This document shows, piece by piece, positions 13,064-26,363 of a stretch of 64,000 nucleotides of DNA; the first letter of the stretch is position 1; each line of letters opens with the position of its first letter. Made by a program: the position numbers and the translations under genes. Location: NCBI RefSeq assembly GCF_006345805.1, contig NC_043009.1, positions 72,168,001-72,232,000 of the forward strand. Reading direction: 5' to 3'. Below the pieces are notes generated by a model. That model did no database searches. It was not told the origin of the DNA and worked only from the letters and a program-made list of their open reading frames with translations. The DNA is from Octopus sinensis (Eukaryota).

Positions 13064-14400
13064 CTGTTATTTTCTTTATCAAGTTCTTTGTAAAAAAGAT
13101 TTTTGTTTATAGTTCTTGCACTCTCTTCTTCAACCTTTCTCGCCCTTTGTAATTTCTTTGTGTAGGAGATTATAGTGTAGATCTACATCTATATTGCATA
13201 GATTTTCTCTCTTTCTTGCTCTTCCTCTCTTGCTTTTTCCTCTCTATCTCTCCCTCTCCCTTCCTCTCTAGCTAGGTAACCATGTACCTCATCTACAGCA
13301 AGTCACCCTTTTTTTTTGTCTCTCTGCCACACTTTAACCTTTCATAAGCTGACACAAGATCACTTTCTCCAATGTCCCCTTTCCTTTCAAAGATTCCCTG
13401 TCTTGCAAGTTACTTGGTGACCCTGCCAGTGCTGGTGCCACATGAAAAGCGTCCAGTCCACACTGTAAAGTGGATGGGCATTCAGCTATAAAAACCATGC
13501 CAAAAAGACAGAAGTTTGGTGCAATCTTCTGCCTGACCAGCTCCTGTCAAACTGTCCAACCCATGGCAGCATGGAAGGTGGACATTTGATGAGGATGATG
13601 ATGAATGAGGAAGGGTGAGTGGATAGGTTTATTGGTGTGAGAGGAGAGTGACAGAGAGTTGGAGATGGGTGTTAAGCTGGAACAAGGGTGTGTAGTAAGT
13701 GGAACAAGGGTGGAGGTGTGGTTGAGAGTAAATATGAGTATGGATTGGAGAGTGTAAAAAAAACAGGAGTGGCTCAGGAAAAAGGTGATCAATCAAGGTT
13801 CAGGAAAGGAAGAGAGCAGATGTAGAATAAATTTGTAGGGAGATCAGAAAATATGGAGAGGATGTCTATGATGGGAGAGTAGTGGGGAGATAACTATATC
13901 TGTTATCTATGCTGATTGAATAAAACATAGATTTTGATGCTGCTTGTTTTAAGAATATTTGAATGCATTTTATAACCATATATTTTATGTGGTCAGAAAC
14001 TGTTCAATTAATTTATATACTACTAAAACTCTCTGCTTGCTTGCTTGTCTGTCATTTAATGCAGCTAAACTGGCACATAATGGAAAAATATTATAAATTA
14101 AGGTACCCTTGAAATGTGAATAAAAATGGAATAAAGCAGGTTTTGCATAAATAGGACCAGGGATTCCTGAGATATTGGAGGGTTTGTGGGTATTCATAAA
14201 TACTCAAAACAGTGCATAATGGGAAAATACTCTGGAAATAACATCATCCTGGAAGGGAAGAAACTCTAACCTTTCGATTAGAGACATGATCAATGTCTTC
14301 TCTATTTTGAAGACAAACTTCGTGACCTGGGACTTTGACTTGCCAATGCGAGTTGTTTTCACAGTAAATGTTTCAATTTTCACTTTTGTTAAACTCAATA

Positions 14401-14599
14401 TACTCTTTTACTTGTTTCAGTCATTTAACTGTGGCCATGCTGGAGCACCACCTTTAGTTGAGCAAATCGACCCCAGGACTTATTCTTTGTAAGCCTAGTA
14501 CTTATTCTATCAAACCACTAAGTTACGGGGATGTAAATACACCACCATCGGTTGTCAAGCAATGTTGGAGGAGACAAACACAGACGCACAAATGTATAT

Positions 14600-14632
<33 letters not shown>

Positions 14633-14803
14633 CATATATACGACAGGCTTCTTTCAGTTTCTGTCTACCAAATCCACTCGCAAGGCTTTGGTCGGCCCGA
14701 GGCTATAGTAGAAGACACTTGCCCAAGGTGCCATGCAGGGAGACTGAACCTGTAACCATGTGATTCGTAAGCAAGTTACTTACTACACAGCCACTCATAC
14801 ACC
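14401..14803 (-). mobile_element. tRNA-derived SINE
   Basis: Same family as 29077-29487 and 49839-50182, with an A/B-box head on the minus strand. Confidence 0.8.
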
Positions 14804-14932
14804 TATCTTAATAATTTAGAAATATTTTTAAGTGAATGTGATTTCAAAAAATACAAGTTGTTTATACAGTAGGTATTTATATGTTTGCTTTCTTTAAACA
14901 GACAATGTTTTAATTTTCTAAAAATTATTTTC

Positions 14933-15467
14933 AAGGGGAAATATTTTGTAAAGGACTTGTTTGTACCTCAGTGTGAAATAATTTTGTTCCACAGATTTTT
15001 TCAAGTGCATTCGACGTATCTGACCCCCAAACCCACTGCAAGCCACTTTTTCTGGAAAAGAAAGAGGTGGAGAAATGGTGGGGACTACAGAGTTTCCTGG
15101 AAACTCGCAATAAAGGACCCGAAATAGCTGTTATGTGGTAGCAGGGCGTGTTAGGAATAGCAGCCAAATCTTTCCTTTTCAGGAGAAAGGAGCCATTTAC
15201 ACATGATTTCAATGTCACATTCATTGAGAGCATGCAAAATAACATGGAAAAAACCCCCCCAAAACAAAACTCCATTGGTGGGAAACTTGGAGCTTCCTGG
15301 GAAACTTCAAGGTCCCCACCACCCTTCCCTCACCTTTCTTTTCTGGAAGAAAGTAGCTTGCAGCAGGCTTTATAGGTGAGATACATTGAATGCACTTGAA
15401 AAATCCTGTACAAAAAATAATTTCACACCGAAGTACAAATGGGTCCATTACAAAATATTTACCCTAA
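14933..15467. mobile_element. MITE/foldback element with ~175-bp imperfect inverted arms
   Basis: agggGAAATATTTTGTAA... matches ...TTACAAAATATTTaccct, and internal arm matches such as ttcaagtgcattc / gaatgcacttgaa. Confidence 0.75.
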
Positions 15468-17214
15468 ATCAGGACAGGCATGTGAATAGAAGGATTGAGG
15501 AAACTGCTAAAGCAAGGGCTGAGTGTCTGGCAGAACAGAGGGAAAGAGACAGAAGCAGGAGAGGTCAGGAATCGAACACTCGGAAAGTCAAACATCTGGT
15601 AAAACAGAGGGAAAGATACATGATGAACTGGATGCTCGAACTATTGGTGACCCAATGGATCACGGGTAGTTTGGTATAAACTAAAATTATAACAAGCAAC
15701 CATAATATCTCTTAATATTCTTATGAATTTAAATTTCACTTATTCTGCAACTAGTTGACACATTTTATAAATTCTTTGTGTTACAGAATTATTTCCATTG
15801 TCTTTGGAAAATATTATTTGCATTTCTTTCAAAAATGTTAACTTATCTGTACACATCTCCTTTCAATTTTTTTTTTTTTTTGTATTTTTATGCTAGTGGC
15901 TCTCAAATATTTGAGCCCTTTCCCAAATATAACTGAAAACTTTTGCTTTTGCCTCCCAATTTTTAATAAGGAAAAGAAATAAAAAGTTTGTATTCATGTA
16001 ATTCTCTCTTTGCTGTGGTATTAGACAAGCATAAATAGCTTTCAAAGTATCATAATTTTGTTAATCATAGCAATTTGTTTGCTCTTTTTTCAAGTTTTTC
16101 TACCTCCATCAGGTGGGAGGGATCTGTCCCTCACTAACCATTTAAAAACATTATTATTCAATCAGATATGTAAGATATTTAAAATTGCACCTTATAAATT
16201 GAATTACTACAAATATAATGCTTTTGCCCTGCCTCTGATATTTTTTAATTACTTTCATAAAGAAATAGTTATATCTAATTTTCTTTCATTAATATTAGCC
16301 ATTAAATGACAATTGATAGTATATCATCGATTGATATGCATTCCAACTTCTGATTAATGTCACAGGATAGAGTAAGTTATGCTTTACGAGAAATTGAAAC
16401 AAATTATATTATTTAGTTGCAAGGTTTAAGACAATTCCTCCACCACCATAACCATATTGCTTTGTTTTCATCCCAGCAAAAGACTAATAGAATAAGTACC
16501 AGGCTTAAAGAGAAGTCCTGGTGTTGATCTTATTGACTAAACCCGTCAAGGCAGTCCCCCAGCATGGCTGCAGTCCTAGGATTGAAACTAGTCAAAAATC
16601 AAAGCTGGGTGCCAGCACAGCTCTTTGGTTAAGTCGTCTGCTTTGTAACCATGTTGTTCCAGGCTCAGTCCCACTGTGCTGCACTTTGGGTGTCTTCTAC
16701 TATCAATGGGTTATAGTTGAAGACACTTGGGAGTGAAACTGGTAAACAAACTGTGCAGAAGCCATGTGCATCTTTGTGCCTCTCTTGCTACTTCATAACT
16801 ATTGTTGGCTTATGTCCTTGTAACTTAGTAATTTGTCAAACAGAGATTGAAAGCATAAGTACCAGACTTTAAAATAACTCGTACTGGGGTTGATTTGATT
16901 CACTAAATTCTTCAGGTTTATAACAAACAGGTAAAAGAATATAACAATAAGGTTTTTTAGAGATCTTTATCAGCAGATAGTTTTAAAATCTTTTTGTGAA
17001 AGATAGTGTAGACCAAAGCAAGATAATGGAATCATAAAGAATTAAATATCTGAGATATGTTGATTAGATTAGAAATTTTCAAATTATTAACTTTATTTTT
17101 TTAACCCTTTCATGTTTCTGTTGAAATCCACTACCATTATTTCTATTAATTTTTGAAATAATGACGACTAGCAAAATATTTTGTCATTTTAAGCTGGTGT
17201 TTGGAACAAATGAA

Positions 17215-17311
17215 GGCGCAGGAGTGGCTGTGTAGTAAGTAGCTTGTTTACCAACCACATGGTTCCGGGTTCATTCCCACTGTGTGGCAACTTGGGCAAG
17301 TGTCTTCTACT
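17215..17311 (+). mobile_element. SINE tRNA-like head
   Basis: GGCGCAGGAGTGGCTGTGTAGTAAG (A box) ... GGTTCATTCCC (B box). Confidence 0.75.
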
Positions 17312-18216
17312 TCACTGACCTTCTGTTAATGTCAGGAGTTTCCATAAATCAGATTCTCGTACTTATGTAAATGTGAAAAGAAACAAATTTGGTTTCTCCT
17401 GCTAGCTAAAGGAAATTTCTCATTTTTGTGATCTTCCCCAATTTAACCCCTGTCCTTCTTTCTTGATCTCGGCTCCCTTCCTTTTAATTTGTTCACCTTC
17501 ATGACCATTCGTATTAATGTGTATTGACATATCTCGCCCATATGTTTTGATGCTTGTCTTTTTTACTAGAACAATATAGAAAACAACCCATGCTAGCATG
17601 GAAAATGGATGTAGAATGATTGTGTTTTTGTTGGTATTTATACTCACAATACTTTTATAATTGCTGCATCTCTTGACCCTTCCTCACTCTCTACCTTTGT
17701 TATTAGTCTCTTTAACTCCTCATTATTCCGCTTCTAACACTTTGCTTTGTCATCCTCATCACTGACCTCCTATTTACCATTTTGGCATGGATATATATCG
17801 ACTTCATTACTTCATTCACTGTATGAATATTCTCAGTATTTCATTAAACATTTAAAAAATGCTTTTCTTTAATAGGTTAAAAGTTTGGCCCAAAACATCA
17901 ACATTATTTTCCCTTCACCCAATACAAACTTTATGAATGTATGAAATTCACTAAATATTTAATACACTCCACTTTAGTTTCCCCAGTTTCTGGTATTTTT
18001 CCTATATATTATGTAATAGACTTAGCATGCTCTCCATTTGTGTATATTCCTCCATGTCTACTATTATGTTGATAAACATCCTGTTCATGTTCACTTGTAA
18101 ATCTACATACAAAAACCTGAAACTAAAGGCTACCAACACTATAGATTCTTTATGCTTTATGATGAAATTATTAACTTCAAGCTTTTGACTTTTCACCTCC
18201 TTTTACAGTTGTTGTG

Positions 18217-18415
18217 ATGGATGAAAAATGGGTCTGTTACCGCTGTACTTACAAAAACTCTCCACTCAATCTACGATGTATGATGTGTGAAACTTTAAGA
18301 GAAACCAATCCCAACACTGGAAAATGGAAATGTTTGGCTTGTTCTTTCTCTGGAAACTCACTATGGTGTCAGTCATGTGATAATTGCGGAAATTTTCAAG
18401 ATGACCTGTTGGCAT
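18217..18415 (+). CDS. CAPN15: SOL calpain coding exon 1 (ZnF1-2); acceptor AG at 18207-18208 implies an upstream UTR exon
   Basis: MDEKWVCYRCTYKN...CMMC and WKCLAC...CDNC. Donor gtaag at 18416, phase 1. Confidence 0.88.
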
Positions 18416-18849
18416 GTAAGTCCCTTTGCTTATTTCTTTGGAGGATGAAAAATAAAAACTGAAATAGTAGAAATCCTGTTAGAGATGATTTGGCACCAAA
18501 TCCAGATTTAGACCTGATAAAACCTTAAGCTTTGATGAGTTAGAAAGAGGGGTGCTGATGGCAGACATGAGAAGCTGTTCAGAGAAAAGAAGCATTCAGT
18601 GGACACATATTGGTAAGGAATGATGTTAGGAGTGCAAGATGTATGACAAGCGAAGTGGTTTCAAAGAAAGGGGTTAGTAATTGTACAGAAAGGAGGAAGG
18701 AATGTGTGCAACTCTACTGCCTTATAGTTATAGCAGTTGAGGAATAGTGCTATGGTTAGAAGGGTGAGAAAGTGATGGGTGTTGTGAAAATGAGTTGCTG
18801 AGAAGGCTTGACAAGTACAGATTGAGTGTGAAGCACAGATATTGACAAT

Positions 18850-19125
18850 ATACTTTTAAGACTTCACTTTTGCTGAGATGGACAGGTTTTCTCAAGCAAA
18901 GCAAATTGTCATTCCTCTTAGTCTTTTGTCATCTCCATGAGGTTCAACAACCTGAGGTTGGACTTCACTACTTCATCTCAATTCTTAGACCTATCTCTTC
19001 TACAAATTACATCCATATTAGAGATAGACTGTTTTTTGTACTGCTGTCCTCATCCACAAGCAACACATAATCATACCAATACAGTCTTCTTTCTTGCACA
19101 CTACACCTGATGCCGTTTATGCACT
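18850..19125 (-). mobile_element. Degenerate RTE 3' fragment
   Basis: Diverged match to the RTE C-terminal region (e.g. cttgcacactacacctgatg). Confidence 0.55.
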
Positions 19126-19289
19126 GGTTGGTTTCCTGAAGCTAGTGTTACAGATCATTTGTATCACAGAACTCCAAGAGCCTTGTTCTTTCCTCATTTC
19201 AGGAACCAAATCCACAGTATCCATGCACACAGGGTGCTCTCCATTGAAGCCACCAGCCACAAAAATGTCACTGTCATTTCTCATCAAGG

Positions 19290-20102
19290 TGCATTATTTA
19301 CATTTGACGGATATCTGTCTTCATCTTGTTTGTTGTTAACACAAGGTTTCAACTGATATAGTGTCTTGGGGAAATTTTGAACCTGGGTTCTCATTCCTAA
19401 GGTATTTTTCGATGTTTTTATCATTATTATTATCATTCAGGTCACTGCTTGGAATCAAACTCAGAATCTTGGGGTTAGTAGCCTGTGCTCTTAAGCACTA
19501 CACCATATGCCCATGGGCAAGTATGGAGTGAATTTTAGGGCTTATAAATTTAATATCTTCCTATCCTTCCTTAATACCGATTCCCATATGATGTTCATAT
19601 CTGCAATTGGTCTGCTTAGGAGGTTGTTGTGTCTTAGCATATGTGCTACTTCTTTTAGTTTTCGTATTTTCCAGTGGTGTTCTCTGTCTATTATTTTAAC
19701 TTCATCCCACATGATCAGCTATACCCTATTTATCAATATCTCCTCATGTCACAGCTTTGCGATGTTCGTCTACCCTTATTTTGCATGGGATGGAGTACAC
19801 ACAATCTTTGGGCATATTCTCTTCTATTGGTGGTTTTACTCAGAGATATTTGCAAAATGTTGTATTATTCCTGAATACTGTGCTGATGTCATATGGACCG
19901 CATATCTTTTGTATCTTTTCGGAGAGGCCTTTCACATACCTTAGAATTGAGAACCCAGGTTTGAAATTTCCCCAAAACACCTGATGAAGGCTGGAGGGTA
20001 TATCAGCTGAAACATTGTGGTAACAACAAACAAGATGAGGACAAATATCCATCAAGTGTAAATAATGTACATAATTCCTCATCTCTTAAATATAGAACTG
20101 TA
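19290..20102 (-). mobile_element. Truncated Penelope-like element with inverted terminal segments
   Basis: The minus strand encodes KGLSEKIQKICGPYDISTVF...CVYSIPC...EHRKAV (GIY-YIG region). 19290-19405 is the reverse complement of ~19936-20068. Confidence 0.75.
19976..20021 (+). ncRNA. Minimal type I hammerhead ribozyme motif (degenerate)
   Basis: AACAC-CUGAUGA-a-GGCUG..CAGCU-GAAAC-auu-GUGGU. Confidence 0.6.
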
Positions 20103-20612
20103 TCATCAAGGTAGTCTAGAAAACACTTCATAAAAATTTATCCTTTTGTTTGTCCAGCAGTCCTGATTGAGGAGCTTAGGCATAGATTACAGTTGCTGTT
20201 GCATTTTCCAAGATCAAGTTTATTTATCAGATCACACACTTTGACTACCTTGATCACTTTATCCATCCATTTCTCTGGTAAAAGTATACCCACAGCCTCA
20301 CAACATCACTGTTACCTTCCCAGAAGATTTTATTACCTATGTTCTTTATCTTTGAGGAGTCTGGCTGAGGCTCACTGCTATCTTACCTCTTGCATGCAAC
20401 ACACATCTACACACGTCTGTTTTAGCATCTCAACAATCTCACCAGGCCTAACTTCTGATGTACCTGCATTGCCTATGGCTGCTGAAGTATGTAGACAGGG
20501 TGGGAACAGCAAGTGTGAAGCAAGGAGATGGTTTTCATCATCTGAAAAGTGGTTTATGTGGCGGGTTTACCTGTTGGCAAACTGCTCTTTCATTTTATGA
20601 ACTACATAAATA

Positions 20613-21178
20613 TTGGGTTGTCTGGAAAGTTCGTGCCAATTTTTAAAGGAAAGAAAAAGTCAATAAATATTTGCCATTACATTTTTAATCAACCAAATAT
20701 GAACCATTTTGTTGCACAATGCGTCTCCATCTTTCCCTTAACTTGAAAATACTTTCTTCCCAGAATTGAGGTGGTTTCATGACAAAGAATTCATCAAGGT
20801 ATCTTTTTATGTCATCCAAGGAATTGAAATTTTTACTGTTAAGACTATTCTGCAGAGACCTGAATAAGTCGAAATCAGAAGGTGCAATATCTGGTGAATA
20901 TGGAAGGTGGGGGTAACACATCACAGCTGAGCTGCAGCAATTTTTGTCTGGTTCCCAAAGCATCAAGTACCAAAAATGAACTTTCTTATCTTCCATTTTA
21001 AAGGGTTACAGAATTAACACAGGATATAGGAACATAAACCGTCTTCCACGAAAAGATAGCTTAAACTGTGCTTTAAATGGAGGTGTAGTCAAATCCTATT
21101 TTATGGACTCAACCATGTTCTAAAATAAGTCGAAAGGTGAGCTACTATAAATCGGCACAAACTTTCCGGACAACCCAA
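20613..21178 (-). mobile_element. Internally deleted mariner transposon
   Basis: ~30-bp TIRs TTGGGTTGTCTGGAAAGTT / AACTTTCCGGACAACCCAA with TA TSDs, and the transposase motif HLPYSPDIAPSDFDLFRSLQN. Confidence 0.93.
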
Positions 21179-21926
21179 TATTACTTGCTCAACAAAACTA
21201 ACACTTGCCCACATCACCAAACATTTATGACTACCTAAATAAAGAAGAAAATGATGAAAGAAAGGAAGGAGAGAGAAATATTGTGTACATCTAGCATTAA
21301 GATGTTTGGGATGGGTGGAAGTAAGAAAGGGGTGAAATAGCTAAGATTTCAGTAGGTCTATGAGAGGTTAACAAAAATAAAAACCTTACTTAGAAAATAA
21401 TAATTGAGGATTTTTACTTAAATATCTCATCACCAACATTTCTGTTTATTTTCCATGCTGGTTTGTATTCAACAATTTGACAGGATCTCACAAGCTGCAG
21501 GGTTGCATTGAGCTCCAATGGTAACTTTGGCTGGATCCCTTCCTAGTCCAACCCCTTTACAGTGGTGCTTTGTTTTATGCATTGGCATGAGTGAGGTTGC
21601 TAAGTAACTTGTGAAACAGGAAAAAACCACTTTGACTAAGCCAGTATTTGTTGGTGGGGTGGTTTTAAGCCAAGTCTTGAAAGGCTTTTGAGCTGAAACT
21701 AGAAAAAAAAATATCCATCCATGCCAGTGGCACGTAAAAGAACCCATTACACTCCTGCAGTGGTTGGCATTAGGAAAGACATCCAGTTGTAGAAACCATA
21801 CCAAATCAGATTGGAACCTGGTGCAGCTCTCTGGCTCATCAGCTCTAGTCAAACCATCTAACCTATCCCAACATGGAGAGCAGACATTAAATAATAATGA
21901 TGATGAGATTATATATATATATAAAA

Positions 21927-23950
21927 TCATCATCATCATCGTCGTTTAATGTCTGCTTTCCATGCTAGCTTGGGCTGGACAATTTGACTGAGGACTGGCG
22001 AACCAGATGGCTGCACCAGGCTCCAATCTGATCTGGCAGAGTTTCTATTACTGAATTCCCTTCCTAAAGGCCAGTCAGGTGGTACTGGCAACGGCCACAC
22101 TCAAATGGTGTTTTTTATGTGCCACCTGCACAGGAGCCAGTCCAGCGGCACTGGCAACAACCTCACTCGAATGTTTTTTCACATGCCACCGGCACAAGTG
22201 CCAGTAAGGCGAAGCTGGTAACAATCACACTTGAATGGTGCCTTTTATGTGCCACTGGCATGGAAGCCAGTCAGCTTCTCTGGCAACGATCACACTCGGA
22301 TGGTGCTCTTAGCGCTGCACTAGCAAGTCATAGAATTTGATTTTGATTTCACTTGCCTCAACAGTTCTTCGCAAGCAGTATTTAGTGTCCATTGAAGAAA
22401 TGGTCTGCATAAGTGGACTGGTTACACCACTGGCATGGGCCACGAGTTTATGGTCTCATTTGGCTTGCCGGGTCTTCTCAAGCACAGCATATTTCGAAAG
22501 GTCTCCGTCACTAGTCATTGCCTCAGTGAGGCCTAATGTTTGAAGGTCGTGCTTCACCACCTCATCCCAGGTCTTCCTGGGTCTACCTTTTCCACAGGTT
22601 CCCTCAACCGCTAGGGTGTTGCGCATTTTCACACAGCTATTCTCATCCATTCTCACCACATGGCCATACCAGCACAGTTGTCTCTCTTACACACCACATC
22701 TGATGCTTCTTAGGTCCAACTTTTCTCTCAAGGTACTTAAACTTTATCGAGTATGCACAGAGAAATTCAAGACAGGATGCCCCTGGGTGCTCCTCTATGT
22801 TGATGACCTTGTCCTAATTGCTGAGTCACTTTCAGAACTAGAGGAGAAGTTTCAAGTGTGGAAACAAGGATTAGAATCGAGGGTCTTAGAGTCAACCTAG
22901 CCAAAACCAAAGTCCTAATAAGTAGGAAGGTAGACCAATCACAAATGCCTTCAGGTAGATGGCCCTGCTCGATCTGTAGAAAAGGCATAGATAGAAACTC
23001 TATAAGATGTACCCAGTGTAAGCTATGGACACATAAGAAGTGCAGCAATATCAAAGGAAGGCTAACTGGGAAGATAGTTTTCATATGTCCTCAGCTGTCA
23101 TGGCCCATGTTTCACTGCCATGTAGCATGGCTGTTCATACACATGCATCATACAGTCTACTTTTTACTCTGAGCGAGAGGCCCTTTGTCACCAGCAGAGG
23201 TAAGAGCTCTCTGAATTTTGCCAAGGCTATTCTTATTCAAGCAGCTACACTTTCAGTGCACCCTTCCCCCACTACTGACTTGCTCACCTAGGTAATGGAA
23301 ACTACCAACCACTTCTAGTTTTTCTCCCTGGAATGTGGCGGAAGTTGTTCTCTGCACATTTTCAGTGTTTATTTCTCCTAAGCATCTGCCACATATGAAA
23401 ACTATCTTCCCAGTTAGCCTTCCTTTGATATTGCTGCACTTCTTATGTGTCCATAGCTTACACTGGGTACATCTTATAGAGTTTCTATCTATGCCTTTTC
23501 TAAAGATCGAGCAGGGCCATCTACCTGAAGGCATTTGTGATTTGTCTACCTTCCTACTTATTAGGACTTTGGTTTTGGCTAGGTTGACTCTAAGACCCTC
23601 GATTCTAATCCTTGTTTCCACACTTGAAACTTCTCCTCTAGTTCTGAAAGTGACTCAGCAATTAGGACAAGGTCATCAACATAGAGGAGCACCCAGGGGC
23701 ATCCTGTCTTGAATTTCTCTGTTATTGCCTGGAGGACTATGATAAATAGGAGGGGGCTGAGGACTGAACCTTGGTGGACCCCTACATCTACCCGGAATTC
23801 TTCACTGTACTTGTTGCCAACCCTCACCTTACTGACAGCGTCTCTGTACATGACTTGCACAGCTCTCACTAACCATTCAAGTATCCCTAGTTTCCTCATT
23901 GACCACCAGATAAGGGATCGGGGGACCCTGTCGAAGGCTTTCTCCATGTC
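21927..23950 (-). mobile_element. RTE LINE with an internal inverted duplication (22757-23088)
   Basis: MEKAFDRVPR...QGSVLSPLLF...YVDD on the minus strand and a (CAT)n tail at 21927. The same segment is repeated on the plus strand. Confidence 0.9.
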
Positions 23951-24467
23951 ATGTATATAATCATCATCATCATTTAACGTCCATTGGCCATGCTGGCATG
24001 TGTTGGATGTTTTGACTGAGGACTGGCATGTAGGAAGGCTGCATCAGACTCCACTCTGATTTTGTATGGTTTTCTACAGTTGGATGCCCTTCCTAACACC
24101 AACCACTCTGAGTGTAATGAGTGCTTTTATGTGCCACCAGCATGGGTGCAAATTTGCATGACACTGGGGTGCATTTACATACAACTGGTACAGGTGCCAA
24201 TTTGCGTGACACCGATTTCTGCACAACTGTGATTTTGCTCGGCTTAATGGGTCTTTTTCTCAAGCACAACATAATGCCAAAGTTCTTGGACATTGCCTCC
24301 ATGAGGCTCAACACTCGTAAGGAACTCAGTCACTTTGGGAGTATGTGTGTCCCTCTCTAACACTCATTACACACACACACACACACATATATATATATGT
24401 ATGTATATGTATATCTATGCCAGTGGCACGTAAAAGCACCCATTACACAGCTCTCCAATATTTTCAA

Positions 24468-24680
24468 CCCTTTGGCATTCAGTTTCTTCTGTCAAATGCA
24501 AGGCCTATTCATTTACATTGTTTTGAATCAATTGTGGACCATCTTACAGCTTTGACATTTTCATGACGTGATTGCTTAATTTTAGGACATTGTAGGGTAG
24601 GAGTGAGAGGCTGCATCTGGCTGGTTTGAACAGAAAACAGAATATTTAGGCCAGTTATGGCCAGTTTGAATGCTAAAGGG
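24468..24680. mobile_element. piggyBac-type MITE
   Basis: TIRs CCCTTTGGCATTCA / TGAATGCTAAAGGG, flanked by TCAA and TTAA. Confidence 0.78.
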
Positions 24681-25800
24681 TTAAATTATGAACAGAAACA
24701 AAGAGGATGGAGTGAAAAAAATTATAAACTTTCAATTTTTCTTTTTATATAACAGCATACTTTTCTGTTAGTAAATATCCCTTTTTTTACACACACACAC
24801 ACACTCATTATTTGGTGCTGGAGGGGGTTCACACATGCGCACACACACACTTTTGTCAAACTGGCATTTGACAAGTAGCATCAGTTTGCATTAATTCTGT
24901 ACGAGCAGCTGTGGTAGTTCCCTTTTATCAACTTAGTGCTTTTGCATCATAACATGGCCAGATTTGCAATGTCTGTATTGAATTCACAAGAAATTTTTCT
25001 TTATGATATAAAAATCTTGAAGAAAATACATTTTTTTAAAGTGAAAATTAACATTAAAATTTTCTTTTATTTTTCATGATTATCTGACCTATTCCCATCA
25101 ATTTTTATATCAGGATAAAAAAAAAAATCCTCTTCATGACAATATGATTTTCAACTCAAATCAAGTTATAGCACTTCAGTGCAATGAATTAGAATGAGTG
25201 CTACCATTCAGCAGTCAAAAACAAAACCAAGCCAAATATTGTGTGAATGGGTGGAAATATGAGGGTGAATGAGAGAACCCAGTATGATATGTAAGTGTTA
25301 GATTTTGATCAAAAGCATGTGAGAAGGAACTTCACATCCAGAACTTACAGTTGATGTATAATTGTCCACAGAAAAAAATGTATTTTGACATGAATGTCAT
25401 CAAGCAAAATGTAGAATTTTGTGCAGTCAAACTGTACTTGTCTCACCTTCTACAGAGCCTTACAGTGATACCTGCGATGAGCCACTGTGATTTTATTGTT
25501 GATCTGGGAACTCTAGCTTAGGTTATTGTTGGCAGTAATGCCTATATGTTTGATGTTACATTATGTTTTGCTTGAAAGAAGCAAAAGATGATCATTTTTT
25601 ATCATAAGTCCACTCAGTCAGAGCTGCCCTAGCCTTAAACAACAGTTAAGTCTGCTTGCTCTAAGTGGCAGCTAACTTACAAAACAATTTGTTACAAAAC
25701 ATTTAAGATATCAACCATTTACAGTTGCTCTTTGTTATATTCTCTATTTGATGATGTGTAATTTTTAAAAATTTTAACTTGTTTTCTTTACTCTTTTCAG

Positions 25801-26363
25801 CACGTAAAGACCTGGTACCAAATAAATTAAGTAAAGAAGATTTTTGGCAATGTAATGTCTGTACCTATCATTCTAACAATTCTAACAGAAGCACATGCAC
25901 AATGTGTGGAACAATAAATGACCATGTTGTAAATTCTGGAAAAACATGGACATGCTCTGCATGTACATTATTAAATCCAATTAGTGCCAAACAATGTGAA
26001 GTATGTGATACACCAATTTCAGAGGAGAGCTCTTTAAGCAAATGGACATGTCCTGTTTGTACTTGTGATAATTTTAATACTCTTACATGTAGATTTTGCC
26101 ATTCTGAAAAAGTGTTGTCTAATGTTGTGAAAATGGAATGCAAATGGCAATGTAGTGAGTGCATGCATTTGAACAGTAATTCAAGGCCAGAATGTTTGTT
26201 ATGTAAGTCTTTACATAATGACAAGAGCAAATTAGAAGCTGGTTCTTCTAATGTATCAAGTTCTGACAAAGAGTTGAAGAGTTTGCAGACTACATGTATT
26301 ATGAAATCCCAAGAAAAAGAAATTCTGAAAATTTGGAAAAACATATGTGTGTTTTGTGCTGAG
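25801..26363 (+). CDS. CAPN15: SOL calpain exon 2 (ZnF3-6 plus linker)
   Basis: Acceptor ttttcag. Four W-x-C-x2-C...C-x2-C fingers. Donor GAG|gtaagt, phase 0. Confidence 0.92.

Noticed and set aside
15386-15679. Charged 97-aa ORF as an extra exon
   Set aside because: It starts inside a MITE arm and has no recognisable domain or convincing splice context.
17215-17290. Possible tRNA gene
   Set aside because: It has A/B boxes but continues into SINE body sequence and recurs as a dispersed repeat.
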